From: Terriglobia bacterium
GTDB taxonomy: Bacteria > Acidobacteriota > Terriglobia > JAJPHL01 > JAPKYU01
Reading direction: 5' to 3'
Length of the DNA stretch: 64,000 nucleotides
Assembly: GCA_965206645.1 (NCBI GenBank)
Contig: CBDBKE010000001.1
Location: forward strand, 87,380-151,379
Positions 1-9,822 of the stretch are shown here, piece by piece; positions within the stretch are counted from its first letter, which is position 1; every line of letters starts with the position of its first letter. A program made the position numbers and the translations under genes. Below the pieces are notes generated by a model, which was given only the letters and a program-made list of their open reading frames with translations, was not told where the DNA came from and made no database searches.

Positions 1-1788
1 TTTGCGCCGGAAAAATCCAAGACCGAGCAATCAGCGAGGATTACTCATGGGCCGATCCTCGGCCGACCCGGCGCGCACCAGATCGGCGTTTGGGTGCGAA
101 CCTCCCAGCCGGGCACCTTTCAGGTCCGTTACGGACTCAAACCTGAAAAACTTGACAACTTATCTCCGTCGGCCACCACCCGGCTCGAACACGACAACAC
201 CGGTTGGTTGCTAATCCAGGGTCTCCAGTCCAACACCAAGTACTACTACCAAGTAGCGGCAGGTGCCCCGGATGCTGGCCCTCGCGGCTCGTTCCGAACC
301 CTTCCTGACCCCGATGATTTTCGCCATCCCGAGCTCAATCCACGCGGTCTGTTCAACTTTCGCTTTGAGTTTGCTTGCGGAAACAACCAGGATCGCGGTG
401 GAGGGGCCGGCCCCGATGGCCCAGCCTTCAAGACCATGCTCGACCAGCTCAGGGACAAAATCCACTTCGCAATCCAGAACGGCGACTGGCTCTATGAGGA
501 TCGCCGAGACTATTCCTCCCAGCAATGGCTCCGGCAGGTTCAGCGCACGCGCGAGGAGATGCCTGCGGTCGTTCGCTACGCTCCCACCATCGTCGGCGTA
601 TGGGAAAACTACAAGATCTATTTAGAACGGGGCAAAAACCTTGCCGCATGGCATCGGCAGATCCCCTCCTTCTTCACTTTCGACGATCACGAGATTCTTA
701 ACGACGTTTGGGGAGCAGGCTCAGCGGGTTTACGAGACCGCCGCGCCGCCTTCCGGGATATAGGCGTACAGGCGTGGTATGACTACCTGGGCTGGAGCAA
801 CCCGGTGCCACACACCCAGGGGATCTATTTTGGGCAGGCTGAGCTGAAGGCGGATAGTGAAGTCCTCACCGATCCGCGCGCCGATTTCACTCGTGTGGAC
901 CTCGCCCAGGCAGCTAATCTCCACATCCACTGGGGTGGGCCGACGGCAGGGGTGAACGACAACCGTCTCGACGCGATCGGCGGTGATCCCAACGCCGGCG
1001 TCTACGACATCGTCGAAGTGCTCGACAAGCATCGTCTTCGCATCCGACCTGTCCCCAAGCACGACGGTCATCCCTCTTATTCCATCGGTCGTCGCTCCTA
1101 CTACCATCTGCGCGTCAGCAACTCCGATTTCTTCGTGCTCGACACCCGGACCCACCGCCAGATGCATGATGTCCGCCACCCCGACAAACCGGGCCTCTCG
1201 ATGCTCGGCCGGCGTCAAAAGGCCTGGCTGAGGGAGGGGATGTCGCGCAGTGATGCCGACTTTTTCTTCGTGGTCTCCTCAGTGAACTTTATGATTCCGC
1301 ATGTGGGCGGTGGAGGAGTCCGCCCTTCCAACAAGGACGATGCGTGGACAGTCTTCCTTGAGGAACGTGAGGAACTTATCCGTTTCTGGGATTCATTGGG
1401 TAAGCCCGTGTTTGTTCTCACCGGCGACCTCCACAACAGCTTTGCGATCAAGATCACCGACCGCGTGTGGGAGTTTGCTTCCGGACCGCACAACTCCGGG
1501 AATCACCGCGCCAGCGATGAAAGCGGGCGCCCGCCCAGCGGATGGTTCGACTCCCGCGGACGCCGATGCCAAATCCGCTGGTCCAGCTACTTCCTGGACG
1601 ATATCCCCCGCCAGGACCTCCAGTACCCTCTGTACTGCGTGGTGCAGATCAATAACGTTTTTAATAACCCTCTCCGACCGGGTGAAGATCGCTGGGTGGC
1701 TTTCCCCGTTCCCCAGGTAGTCTTCCAATATTACGATGGCCTCACGGGAGAACTCCGCTACGCTGAAGCGATAACGGCCAGCCAGTAG
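1..1788 (+). CDS. phoD: Alkaline phosphatase D (PhoD-like metallophosphatase), 5'-partial. The reading frame continues to the window start (..PILGRPGAHQIGVWVRTSQPGTF..).
   Basis: The ORF at 94..1788 is continuous in frame 1 back to position 1. It has a PhoD N-terminal domain followed by metallophosphatase motifs (FTFDDHEI, GDLHNSFA, FEFACGNNQD). Confidence 0.8.
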   Translation, partial: FAPEKSKTEQSARITHGPILGRPGAHQIGVWVRTSQPGTFQVRYGLKPEKLDNLSPSATTRLEHDNTGWLLIQGLQSNTKYYYQVAAGAPDAGPRGSFRTLPDPDDFRHPELNPRGLFNFRFEFACGNNQDRGGGAGPDGPAFKTMLDQLRDKIHFAIQNGDWLYEDRRDYSSQQWLRQVQRTREEMPAVVRYAPTIVGVWENYKIYLERGKNLAAWHRQIPSFFTFDDHEILNDVWGAGSAGLRDRRAAFRDIGVQAWYDYLGWSNPVPHTQGIYFGQAELKADSEVLTDPRADFTRVDLAQAANLHIHWGGPTAGVNDNRLDAIGGDPNAGVYDIVEVLDKHRLRIRPVPKHDGHPSYSIGRRSYYHLRVSNSDFFVLDTRTHRQMHDVRHPDKPGLSMLGRRQKAWLREGMSRSDADFFFVVSSVNFMIPHVGGGGVRPSNKDDAWTVFLEEREELIRFWDSLGKPVFVLTGDLHNSFAIKITDRVWEFASGPHNSGNHRASDESGRPPSGWFDSRGRRCQIRWSSYFLDDIPRQDLQYPLYCVVQINNVFNNPLRPGEDRWVAFPVPQVVFQYYDGLTGELRYAEAITASQ

Positions 1789-1902
1789 GATGTTGTTCGC
1801 CGGCTGGGCGGCTCCTCCTTCCAGCGCCGTACCGCATCGTCCATCCCTCGCGGACACCTATGCCGACGCTCGCACACAAGTCGCGCTGCCCGGGTTGTGT
1901 GA

Positions 1903-1939
1903 GAGCACAAGAATGCCGGAGCGAAGCTCCGGCATTCTT
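1903..1939. terminator. Perfect 15-bp-stem hairpin between the convergent phoD and radical-SAM genes. Likely a bidirectional intrinsic terminator, but it has no U-tract.
   Basis: The sequence caagaatgccggagc-gaa-gctccggcattcttg lies between the two convergent stop codons. Confidence 0.4.
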
Positions 1940-1962
1940 GCTGCAGATTGGCAGGTTGAACC

Positions 1963-3270
1963 CTAGTCGAAGCTGCCCGAGACGCCCTGGAAACCATGCC
2001 GCGCCTGCTTGATGAACCAGCGCAAGACTCGGGCATCGTTATAGCAGAACCCCAGATTGTGGTTCAGGGTCGAAAAGCAATGCGTCTGGCAGGACTGTTT
2101 CATGTGGTCGAGCTGGGGGACCTGGAACTTGTGATTCTCAATGGTTCCCCAGTCGTAGGTGGCGGAATACATGGGGAAGCAGGGGGCCAGCGTGCCGTCC
2201 ACCCGGATGATCATCGAGTTCTGACCAGCACGGCAGTTCCACGGCTTCACTTTGCCGCGCATGAACTCCTTCATGCCCTGCAAGCGCTGGGCAGAGTTCA
2301 CCATCTTGTAGCCTTGCTGGTTCTTCTCGATGAGCCAATCCACCAGCGCGTCCACTTTCGGGAAATCTTCCGGAGTGATAAAGGTGCTGTTCTCGTCCAG
2401 GTGCTTAAAGTGGTCCTGCTCGACCATCGGCGACTCGTTGATGTGGTAATCGGTGATGATCGCGTTGTCATGCGCGATTTCCGTGAGCTGCTTGACGTCC
2501 TCGTGATTGTTGCGGCAGATGTTGATGTTGAAGGCGGTCGTGATGCCGTACCGGTATTGTTTTTTGATCAGGTAATCAAAATACTTGCGCACCGGCGTCA
2601 GCGCCTTGGGCAGCCCGGGTTTTTCGTCCACGACGTCCACCGCAAAGTTGATCGTGGCAAGTCCCGCATCGCCCAGCCAGTCGAGCACTTCGGGCCGCAG
2701 CAGACGGGCGTTGGTGGGCAGGTAAACCCAGAAACCTTTCTTAGCGGCGTAGGACACCACCTTGTGTACAAACTGGGGACGCAGCAGCGGCTCGCCGCCC
2801 ATCAGCGCCAGCACCCGGCAGGTGGTGGAGTGCAACCAGTCAATGGAGCGCTTGGCTGTGTCTTCGCTCATGCCTTTCACGTTGTTGTCGAAGGACCAGC
2901 AGTAATGGCAGTCCAGGTTGCACTTCCATTCAGTGAACAGGTAGGCGATGATCGGGTGGAAGTCTCCTGGCAGGATGCGCGACTTGAAGTAGGGAACCGC
3001 CCAGCCCCGCAGCGCCCGAGCAACGAGAGGCCCGCTCCAGGGCCGGCGGCCATTGAGAGCCTTGCGCTCCATCTCGATAATGTCGGAGTCATCCTCGCGG
3101 AACAGTTCCGGGTGCTCCGGAAATGCGGGCACCGGCAACACTTGGGGCTCTGCCCCAGGGGGCGGCGGCACCAGCGACTGGGGCTTTGGTTTCATCAACA
3201 GGTCATGCACCTGCACGTCCAACCGGAACGGCGGAGGGGAGCTGGCTGTCTCTGGCTGCTGCTCTAGCAT
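1963..3270 (-). CDS. Radical SAM enzyme with a ~110-aa Pro-rich N-terminal extension and a Cys-rich C-terminal auxiliary-cluster region that is SPASM/twitch-like.
   Basis: CNLDCHYCW is a CxxxCxxC motif and GGEPLL is the SAM-binding motif. The C-terminal region reads C-x12-G-x4-C ... CxxxC ... C. The specific family is not recognised. Confidence 0.75.
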   Translation of the reverse strand: MLEQQPETASSPPPFRLDVQVHDLLMKPKPQSLVPPPPGAEPQVLPVPAFPEHPELFREDDSDIIEMERKALNGRRPWSGPLVARALRGWAVPYFKSRILPGDFHPIIAYLFTEWKCNLDCHYCWSFDNNVKGMSEDTAKRSIDWLHSTTCRVLALMGGEPLLRPQFVHKVVSYAAKKGFWVYLPTNARLLRPEVLDWLGDAGLATINFAVDVVDEKPGLPKALTPVRKYFDYLIKKQYRYGITTAFNINICRNNHEDVKQLTEIAHDNAIITDYHINESPMVEQDHFKHLDENSTFITPEDFPKVDALVDWLIEKNQQGYKMVNSAQRLQGMKEFMRGKVKPWNCRAGQNSMIIRVDGTLAPCFPMYSATYDWGTIENHKFQVPQLDHMKQSCQTHCFSTLNHNLGFCYNDARVLRWFIKQARHGFQGVSGSFD

Positions 3271-3603
3271 CTACAATCTCCTTCTTTAGTTCAGTGGCAG
3301 GTTTCCTTCAATGCTCAATCATCCCCCCTGACGGCGGGGGCCTTCCTGCCTAATTTTCGCCCGGTTAATATACCACGGTGTCGGCTGGAGCGTAGATCGC
3401 AGGTCGAATAAATTTGTGGTCACCGGCAGAGGCGTGCCCTCCCGGACGGTCCGCGGTGGCTGCCTGGTGGATTGGAATTGCCTTTGCTTAGAGAAAGCTA
3501 GCCGTTGGTCAAGGTACTGTGGGCTCGTGGACGCAGCGCCAGCTTCGCCCCACCGCTCGCTGTTGATTGAAATAGACACTGCGCGGCTGGACTGCTATCT
3601 TGC

Positions 3604-3635
3604 ACGCTGTCGTTGCATTCTGCTGTCGTTGCATT
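3604..3635 (+). promoter_or_regulatory. Adjacent 16-bp direct repeat (gctgtcgttgcattct x2), about 40 bp upstream of the 3674 start codon. Candidate regulator-binding site.
   Basis: Seen directly as tgcacgctgtcgttgcattctgctgtcgttgcattctaagg. Confidence 0.3.
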
Positions 3636-3673
3636 CTAAGGATCGAGCCAATCCGGGGAGCGGAGGAGGAGTC

Positions 3674-4420
3674 ATGAAGATCGCGCAGGCAACATCGGCA
3701 GTCCTTGCAGAACTCTGGGGTCAGGTTGAGGCAAAGGTGCGGCAGGCGACATCGCTGGAGGAAGCTGCCCAGGAGTTGGCCTGCGGGTTGCACGCGAAGT
3801 TCAGTGAATCGTCTGCGCTGGCCCGGGTGTTTCTCACTGTTCCATTCGACTCCCTGCCGAAGAGGAATCAAGAGTTTGTGCGGAAGCTGGCCGAGTCGGC
3901 CGGGGCGGGAGGTCAGTTAAAAGGCGATACCCTGGTTCTGTCGCTGCTGGGGACTCACGGCCAGGAGGCGGACTGGAAGGATCGTCGCAATTCCAAAGGC
4001 CATATGGGGATCCCGTTGATTTCCTCAGCCTTCGTGGACGCCATTCCGATGATCTCCCGCCTGCTGAAGGAACTCGGCGTCCCCCTGGAGTGGGTCGACA
4101 CCCGCGACTCGGAAATCCTTCAGAAAACCGTGGGCCGTTCGGCGGGCTTGTTTTTCGTGGACAACGCCGCCCAGGCGAAAGATCATCAGGGCAGAAACAT
4201 CATCGCTTCACAAGAGTTTGTTTCCGCCTATCAGGTGAAAAGCGTGTTCGGGACCGGGGGCGTGTATTCCGGTAACCAGGTCCTGGTCATCGTCTTGTTC
4301 TGTCGTGACCAGTTCGCGCGGGCCGTGGGAGAGCTTTTCCTGCCCCTGATCGATTCGTTCAAAGGCAGGACCGCCTCACTCGCGGGAGCCGGAAAAATAT
4401 TCTCAGACGGGAAGGGATAA
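3674..4420 (+). CDS. Hypothetical protein of 248 aa, family not recognised. The start is chosen at the ATG preceded by a GGAGGAGGAG ribosome-binding site. The upstream 86 aa of the longer ORF look non-coding.
   Basis: A strong RBS sits 4-13 nt upstream of the ATG at 3674. The protein begins MKIAQATSAVLAELWG. Confidence 0.55.
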   Translation: MKIAQATSAVLAELWGQVEAKVRQATSLEEAAQELACGLHAKFSESSALARVFLTVPFDSLPKRNQEFVRKLAESAGAGGQLKGDTLVLSLLGTHGQEADWKDRRNSKGHMGIPLISSAFVDAIPMISRLLKELGVPLEWVDTRDSEILQKTVGRSAGLFFVDNAAQAKDHQGRNIIASQEFVSAYQVKSVFGTGGVYSGNQVLVIVLFCRDQFARAVGELFLPLIDSFKGRTASLAGAGKIFSDGKG

Positions 4421-4476
4421 CCCCTGCGGGTTCGCGCTTCAGACACAACGACTGGAACCGAAAGTTTCTGCCCCGG

Positions 4477-5589
4477 CTATTTGCCGTCGATCCAGCCGCC
4501 GCCCAGCAGCAGGTCGTCGTGGTAGAAAACCGCTGCTTGGCCGGGGGTGACTGCGCGCTGGGGTACGTCGAAGTCCACCCGCGCGTGGTCGTCATCCAGC
4601 GGCGTGACGGTCGCAGGCGCGGGCTGATGTCGGTAGCGAATCTTTACCTCAGCCCGGACGGGCCCGTCGGGCGAAGCCAGCGAAACCCAGTTGAGGCGGG
4701 AGACCAGTGCCGTGGTGCCAAACAACTCAGCGTCCTCGCCCACAGTGACCTCGGCAGTGGCCGGCTCAATGTGTAGAACGTAGAGCGGGCGTCCTGCGGC
4801 CACTCCTAATCCCTTGCGCTGCCCTACGGTGAATCGCTGGATGCCGTTGTGCTGGCCCAGCCGGCGTCCCTGGCTGTCCACCACCGGGCCCGGCGCGGCG
4901 GGCACGGGCTGCCCGCGCTCGGCGAAGTAGGCCTCGATAAAGCGTGTGTAGTCGTTGCCGGGCACGAAGCACAGCTCGTGCGAATCGGGCTTGTCGGCCA
5001 CGGGCAGGCCCGCGCCACGGGCGCGCTCGCGCACTTGGTGCTTGGTCAGCTCTCCCAGCGGAAATAGCGTCCGGCTCAACTGCTCCTGCGTCAGGCCGAA
5101 AAGGAAATAGGATTGGTCCTTGGAGGGGTCCACCGCGCGGCGCAGCCGGTAGCGGTCTGAAGCCGGGTCGCGCTCCAGCCGCGCGTAGTGCCCGGTAGCC
5201 ACCATCTCGGCGCCGATCTGTCGCGCCGTCCGCAGCAACTCGTCGAACTTCAGCGAATTGTTACACAACGTGCAGGGAATGGGCGTGCGCCCCGCCAGGT
5301 AGTCCTCGATGAAGGGCCGCACCACGTCCTGCTCGAAGCGGGCCTCGTGGTTCACGACGTAGTAGGGCAACCCCAGGTGCTGAGCGACACGGCGGGCGTC
5401 GTAGACGTCCTCCAGCGAACAGCAGCGCCCGTGGCTGCTCTCCGGCATCCCGGGAAAGCCGGCCAGGCGCCGCTGGTTCCAGAGCTGCATCGTCAGCCCG
5501 ATCACGTTGTACTGCTGGCCACTAAGCAGCGCGGCGACGGTGGAGCTGTCTACGCCGCCGCTCATAGCCACGGCTACGGTTGGCTTCAT
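4477..5589 (-). CDS. mnmA: tRNA-specific 2-thiouridylase MnmA.
   Basis: The N-terminus is the PP-loop MKPTVAVAMSGGVDSSTVAALL, and the length and architecture match MnmA. Confidence 0.85.
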   Translation of the reverse strand: MKPTVAVAMSGGVDSSTVAALLSGQQYNVIGLTMQLWNQRRLAGFPGMPESSHGRCCSLEDVYDARRVAQHLGLPYYVVNHEARFEQDVVRPFIEDYLAGRTPIPCTLCNNSLKFDELLRTARQIGAEMVATGHYARLERDPASDRYRLRRAVDPSKDQSYFLFGLTQEQLSRTLFPLGELTKHQVRERARGAGLPVADKPDSHELCFVPGNDYTRFIEAYFAERGQPVPAAPGPVVDSQGRRLGQHNGIQRFTVGQRKGLGVAAGRPLYVLHIEPATAEVTVGEDAELFGTTALVSRLNWVSLASPDGPVRAEVKIRYRHQPAPATVTPLDDDHARVDFDVPQRAVTPGQAAVFYHDDLLLGGGWIDGK

Positions 5590-5656
5590 AAAAGCACCGA
5601 ACAGTTATGAGTGAAGAATTTCTCCCCTCTACTTTTCATTTCTTCACTCTTAATTC

Positions 5657-6847
<1,191 letters not shown>

Positions 6848-7063
6848 TCACTCCGGCACCCGCTCCGTCACATACTCCAGCAACGCTGCATCAAATTCCT
6901 ATTCTAGCATTACCCGGTATCTCGCTAGTACCCAAGGCGCAAACAGCTCGGCCGGGTGCTGTGGCCTTGACTCGCAGGTTGAGAGGGAAAGACACCGGCA
7001 CCTCCCGCACTGGAGAGCTGGATTGACTCACCTATAACAGTGAGAGAATATATGGGGTGAATT

Positions 7064-8818
7064 ATGGAAGGGGTGAATCCTGTGCACAGTAGCCAGCCTT
7101 TGCGTCTTGCCTCGGGGCTCATTGCCGCGTTGCTGGTCGCTAGCTCGCTGCACTCCCAGCAGCCAACGCCTGCTTCGGTCACCTTACCCGCAAGCATTAA
7201 GGCCGTCGAAGTTACAGAACCGGGCGGACAGATCCTCAGCTTCCGCCATCTCACGGGATCTACCGTGGTCGAGATGAAGGGTACGAAGCTCGAACCTTCT
7301 GCTTCGACGCGCATGAAAATCGGAAGTCGCCCGGGTTTCATCGAGATCGATATTAACCGTGGTGACATCAAGAAACTTCGACCCGCGCGATACTTTGGCA
7401 AAGACTTCCTTACCTATGTCCTTTGGGCTGTCTCGGTGGATGGCGAAGCAATGAATCTGGGTGAGATCACGTTTGAGAGCGGCAGGCCCGTGAGCATCAA
7501 CGTCACCACTCCCTACCAAACCTTCTGGCTGATGCTCACCGCCGAGCCCGACTTTGCGGTCAACGACCCCAGCCCTGTCGTCGTCCTCTACAGCGTCAAC
7601 CAGGATGACAGCCAAACAGGCAACAAGGCCCTGCCTGTTCCCGGCAAGCTCCTCTACTACACCTACTACAGCCGCTACGATACCTCGCCAGCTTCCCCTA
7701 AAGCTTCCGTCCCCAACGAGCTCCTGCAGGCACGCAAAGCCGTTGAACTGGCTTCCAAAGCGGGAATCCTGGCAACCCCGACCCCGAAGGGGGAGGAGCC
7801 GCTCCCCGACGAAGCCCGCACACGCGAGACCTTCGAGCGGGCGCGCGCGTATTTGGACCAGGCCGAAGAGGCATTCCGTGCCGGGGGGAGCAGCCGTGAG
7901 GCGGTTCAATTTGCCCGCACTGCAGCCCAAATTGCAGAAAACGCGCGTGCCCTTGCCCTAGGCGCTGTCGGCGGCATCTACGTCCGGAAACTTGCCCGCG
8001 AACTGGACAAGCTCCGCGCCGAGGCCGAAGAATGCCGGAAGGAGCTGGCTAGTCTCCGCGCCGAGGCCGAAGAATGCCGGAAGGAACTGGCTGCCCTCCG
8101 TGACGAGGTGAAGAAACTGGAAGCTGCGCTCGCCGCTGAGCGGCAACTTCGCGCCGAGGCCGAAGACAAACTCCGTGCCCTGCAGGAGTCACTCGATGAG
8201 GCCCGCGCCCAGAATGCGCGCCTCCGTGAGGACCGGGAGGCGATCTGTGCCGAACTCCGTCGTCAGCTTGCCTCCCTCGGCCAGTTGACCGAACAGGGCG
8301 GTAGCATGGTGCTCACACTGGCTTCCGACATTCTTTTCGACTTCGGCAGTTATAAACTGCGTCCTACCGCGCGGGAGAATCTCTCCAAGCTGACCGTGCT
8401 GCGCATGCTGCTCTTCCCCAATGCTGAAGTCCGCTACGAAGGCCACACGGACCGCGTTGGGAAGGACGACTATAACCAGTGGCTCTCCGAGCAGCGCGCC
8501 CTCGCCGTCCAGCACTATTTCCTCGAAGAGGAGCTCAGCAACGAAACTGAAGACTTCGCCCGCGAGAACCTCGAGCAGCGCCTTGCGACGGTGAAAAAAC
8601 TTTCCGGGATGAGCTACGCGTCCTCACGAAGCAACCCATCTGGGCGGCAACAACTTCTTGCTGATCTGGGCGACACGGTCCAGGGCAAGGGGGAGCGGGA
8701 ACCCGTTGAGGATGTGCCCGGCCCCAGTGAGCTCAACCGGCGGGTGGTGCTGTTGTTTCCGCCCGCCCAATTGGGCCAGGCTTCCTCGCTCTGCCAGTCC
8801 CCACCCGGTGACGAGTAG
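7064..8818 (+). CDS. OmpA-family envelope protein with a signal peptide, a long coiled coil and a C-terminal OmpA-like peptidoglycan-binding domain.
   Basis: N-terminal hydrophobic leader, then a coiled coil containing repeated LRAEAEECRKELA units. The C-terminal OmpA_C motif reads LASDILFDFGSYKLRP...RYEGHTDRVG...NQWLSEQRA. Confidence 0.7.
   Translation: MEGVNPVHSSQPLRLASGLIAALLVASSLHSQQPTPASVTLPASIKAVEVTEPGGQILSFRHLTGSTVVEMKGTKLEPSASTRMKIGSRPGFIEIDINRGDIKKLRPARYFGKDFLTYVLWAVSVDGEAMNLGEITFESGRPVSINVTTPYQTFWLMLTAEPDFAVNDPSPVVVLYSVNQDDSQTGNKALPVPGKLLYYTYYSRYDTSPASPKASVPNELLQARKAVELASKAGILATPTPKGEEPLPDEARTRETFERARAYLDQAEEAFRAGGSSREAVQFARTAAQIAENARALALGAVGGIYVRKLARELDKLRAEAEECRKELASLRAEAEECRKELAALRDEVKKLEAALAAERQLRAEAEDKLRALQESLDEARAQNARLREDREAICAELRRQLASLGQLTEQGGSMVLTLASDILFDFGSYKLRPTARENLSKLTVLRMLLFPNAEVRYEGHTDRVGKDDYNQWLSEQRALAVQHYFLEEELSNETEDFARENLEQRLATVKKLSGMSYASSRSNPSGRQQLLADLGDTVQGKGEREPVEDVPGPSELNRRVVLLFPPAQLGQASSLCQSPPGDE
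8012..8095 (+). repeat. Perfect 42-bp (14-aa) tandem duplication inside the coiled-coil region of the OmpA-family gene.
   Basis: ctccgcgccgaggccgaagaatgccggaagga(g/a)ctggct occurs twice back to back. Confidence 0.65.
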
Positions 8819-9005
8819 AACGCAGACTATCCGGCACACTGGCAGGGTCCAGGATTCAGCCTTTCCGGAATGCGGGCGAACCCCTCGTTGCAGCGGGCTC
8901 ACCTATACTGGCTGCTGAATTGGGCGCGTTCGCTCCGGCAGGATCAGCCGCCGGCTTTCAGCGTGCTTGACACGCCCTCCCCATTTCGTCGATATTGCCC
9001 TAAGT

Positions 9006-9800
9006 ATGGCACGGCTAATTACGCTCACTAGCGACTTTGGTCTCTCGGACCATTTCGTGGGAACGATGAAGGGGGTCATCCTGGGAATCACTCCCGAGGC
9101 CCAAATCATCGATATCTGTCACGAAGTCCGCTCCTTCGACGTTCTGGACGGAGCCTTTACGATCGCCCAGGCCTACCGCCACTTCCCCGCCTGGACCATT
9201 CATGTGGTGGTGGTGGATCCCGGCGTGGGCACGCACCGCCGCCCCATCCTGGTCGCCACCGAGAGGCACTATTTCCTGTGCCCGGATAACGGGGTGCTGT
9301 CGCTGGTGCTGGCGGGCGAAGAGCACACCGTGCGCCACGTCACCGCTGAGCACTACTTCCTGAACCCCGTCAGCCAGACCTTCCACGGCCGCGACATCTT
9401 CGCCCCGATTGCCGCCTGGTTAAGCCGTGGGGTCGAGACAAGCAAGTTCGGAGACTACGTGAGCGACTACGTCCGCTTCCAGCCTCCCAAACCGAAGACA
9501 CTGAACGAGCGGCTGATTAAAGGAGTAGTGCTGAAGGTGGACAAGTTCGGCAACGTCATCACTAACTTCACGCCCGAAGACCTGCCCATGCTGTTCCAGC
9601 AAAGCCCGCCGCCGTTCAAGTTTGTGGCGGGCAAAAGTGAGATTGCGAAACTCAACCTCGCCTACGCCCAGAGCGCCCCGGGCGACCTGTTTGCCATCGT
9701 GGGCAGCACCGGCTACCTGGAGTTGGCTACCAGTCGGGGTGCTGCCGCCAAAATCCTGGGAATCGATAAGGGCGCCGATGTGGGCGTGGTCCTCGGCTAA
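9006..9800 (+). CDS. SAM hydroxide adenosyltransferase family protein (DUF62, SalL/fluorinase-like SAM hydrolase).
   Basis: MARLITLTSDFGLSDHFVG is the characteristic DUF62 N-terminus. The start is moved to the internal ATG at 9006. Confidence 0.7.
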   Translation: MARLITLTSDFGLSDHFVGTMKGVILGITPEAQIIDICHEVRSFDVLDGAFTIAQAYRHFPAWTIHVVVVDPGVGTHRRPILVATERHYFLCPDNGVLSLVLAGEEHTVRHVTAEHYFLNPVSQTFHGRDIFAPIAAWLSRGVETSKFGDYVSDYVRFQPPKPKTLNERLIKGVVLKVDKFGNVITNFTPEDLPMLFQQSPPPFKFVAGKSEIAKLNLAYAQSAPGDLFAIVGSTGYLELATSRGAAAKILGIDKGADVGVVLG

Positions 9801-9822
9801 GGGTTCTTCTCCCGCCTGAGCT

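Noticed and set aside
2-214. 70-aa ORF at the window start.
   Set aside because: It is out of frame with PhoD and overlaps it. The PhoD frame is open to position 1 and its translation matches PhoD-family N-terminal sequence.
1996-3267. Long antisense ORFs opposite real genes. Examples are 1996..3267(+), 5702..6907(+), 16210..17469(+), 20251..20820(-), 23561..24643(-), 25377..26399(+), 26987..27784(+), 42959..43795(-), 48510..49481(-), 52310..53941(+) and 55650..56690(-).
   Set aside because: They are typical open frames on the non-coding strand of high-GC genes. Their translations are low-complexity and rich in Arg, Ala, Gly and Pro with no motifs. The opposite strand in each case encodes a well-supported protein.
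3416-3673. An 86-aa N-terminal extension on the 334-aa ORF call.
   Set aside because: The extension is Cys- and Arg-rich junk-like sequence. A strong RBS and ATG at 3674 give a cleaner start, and the extension overlaps the direct-repeat leader.
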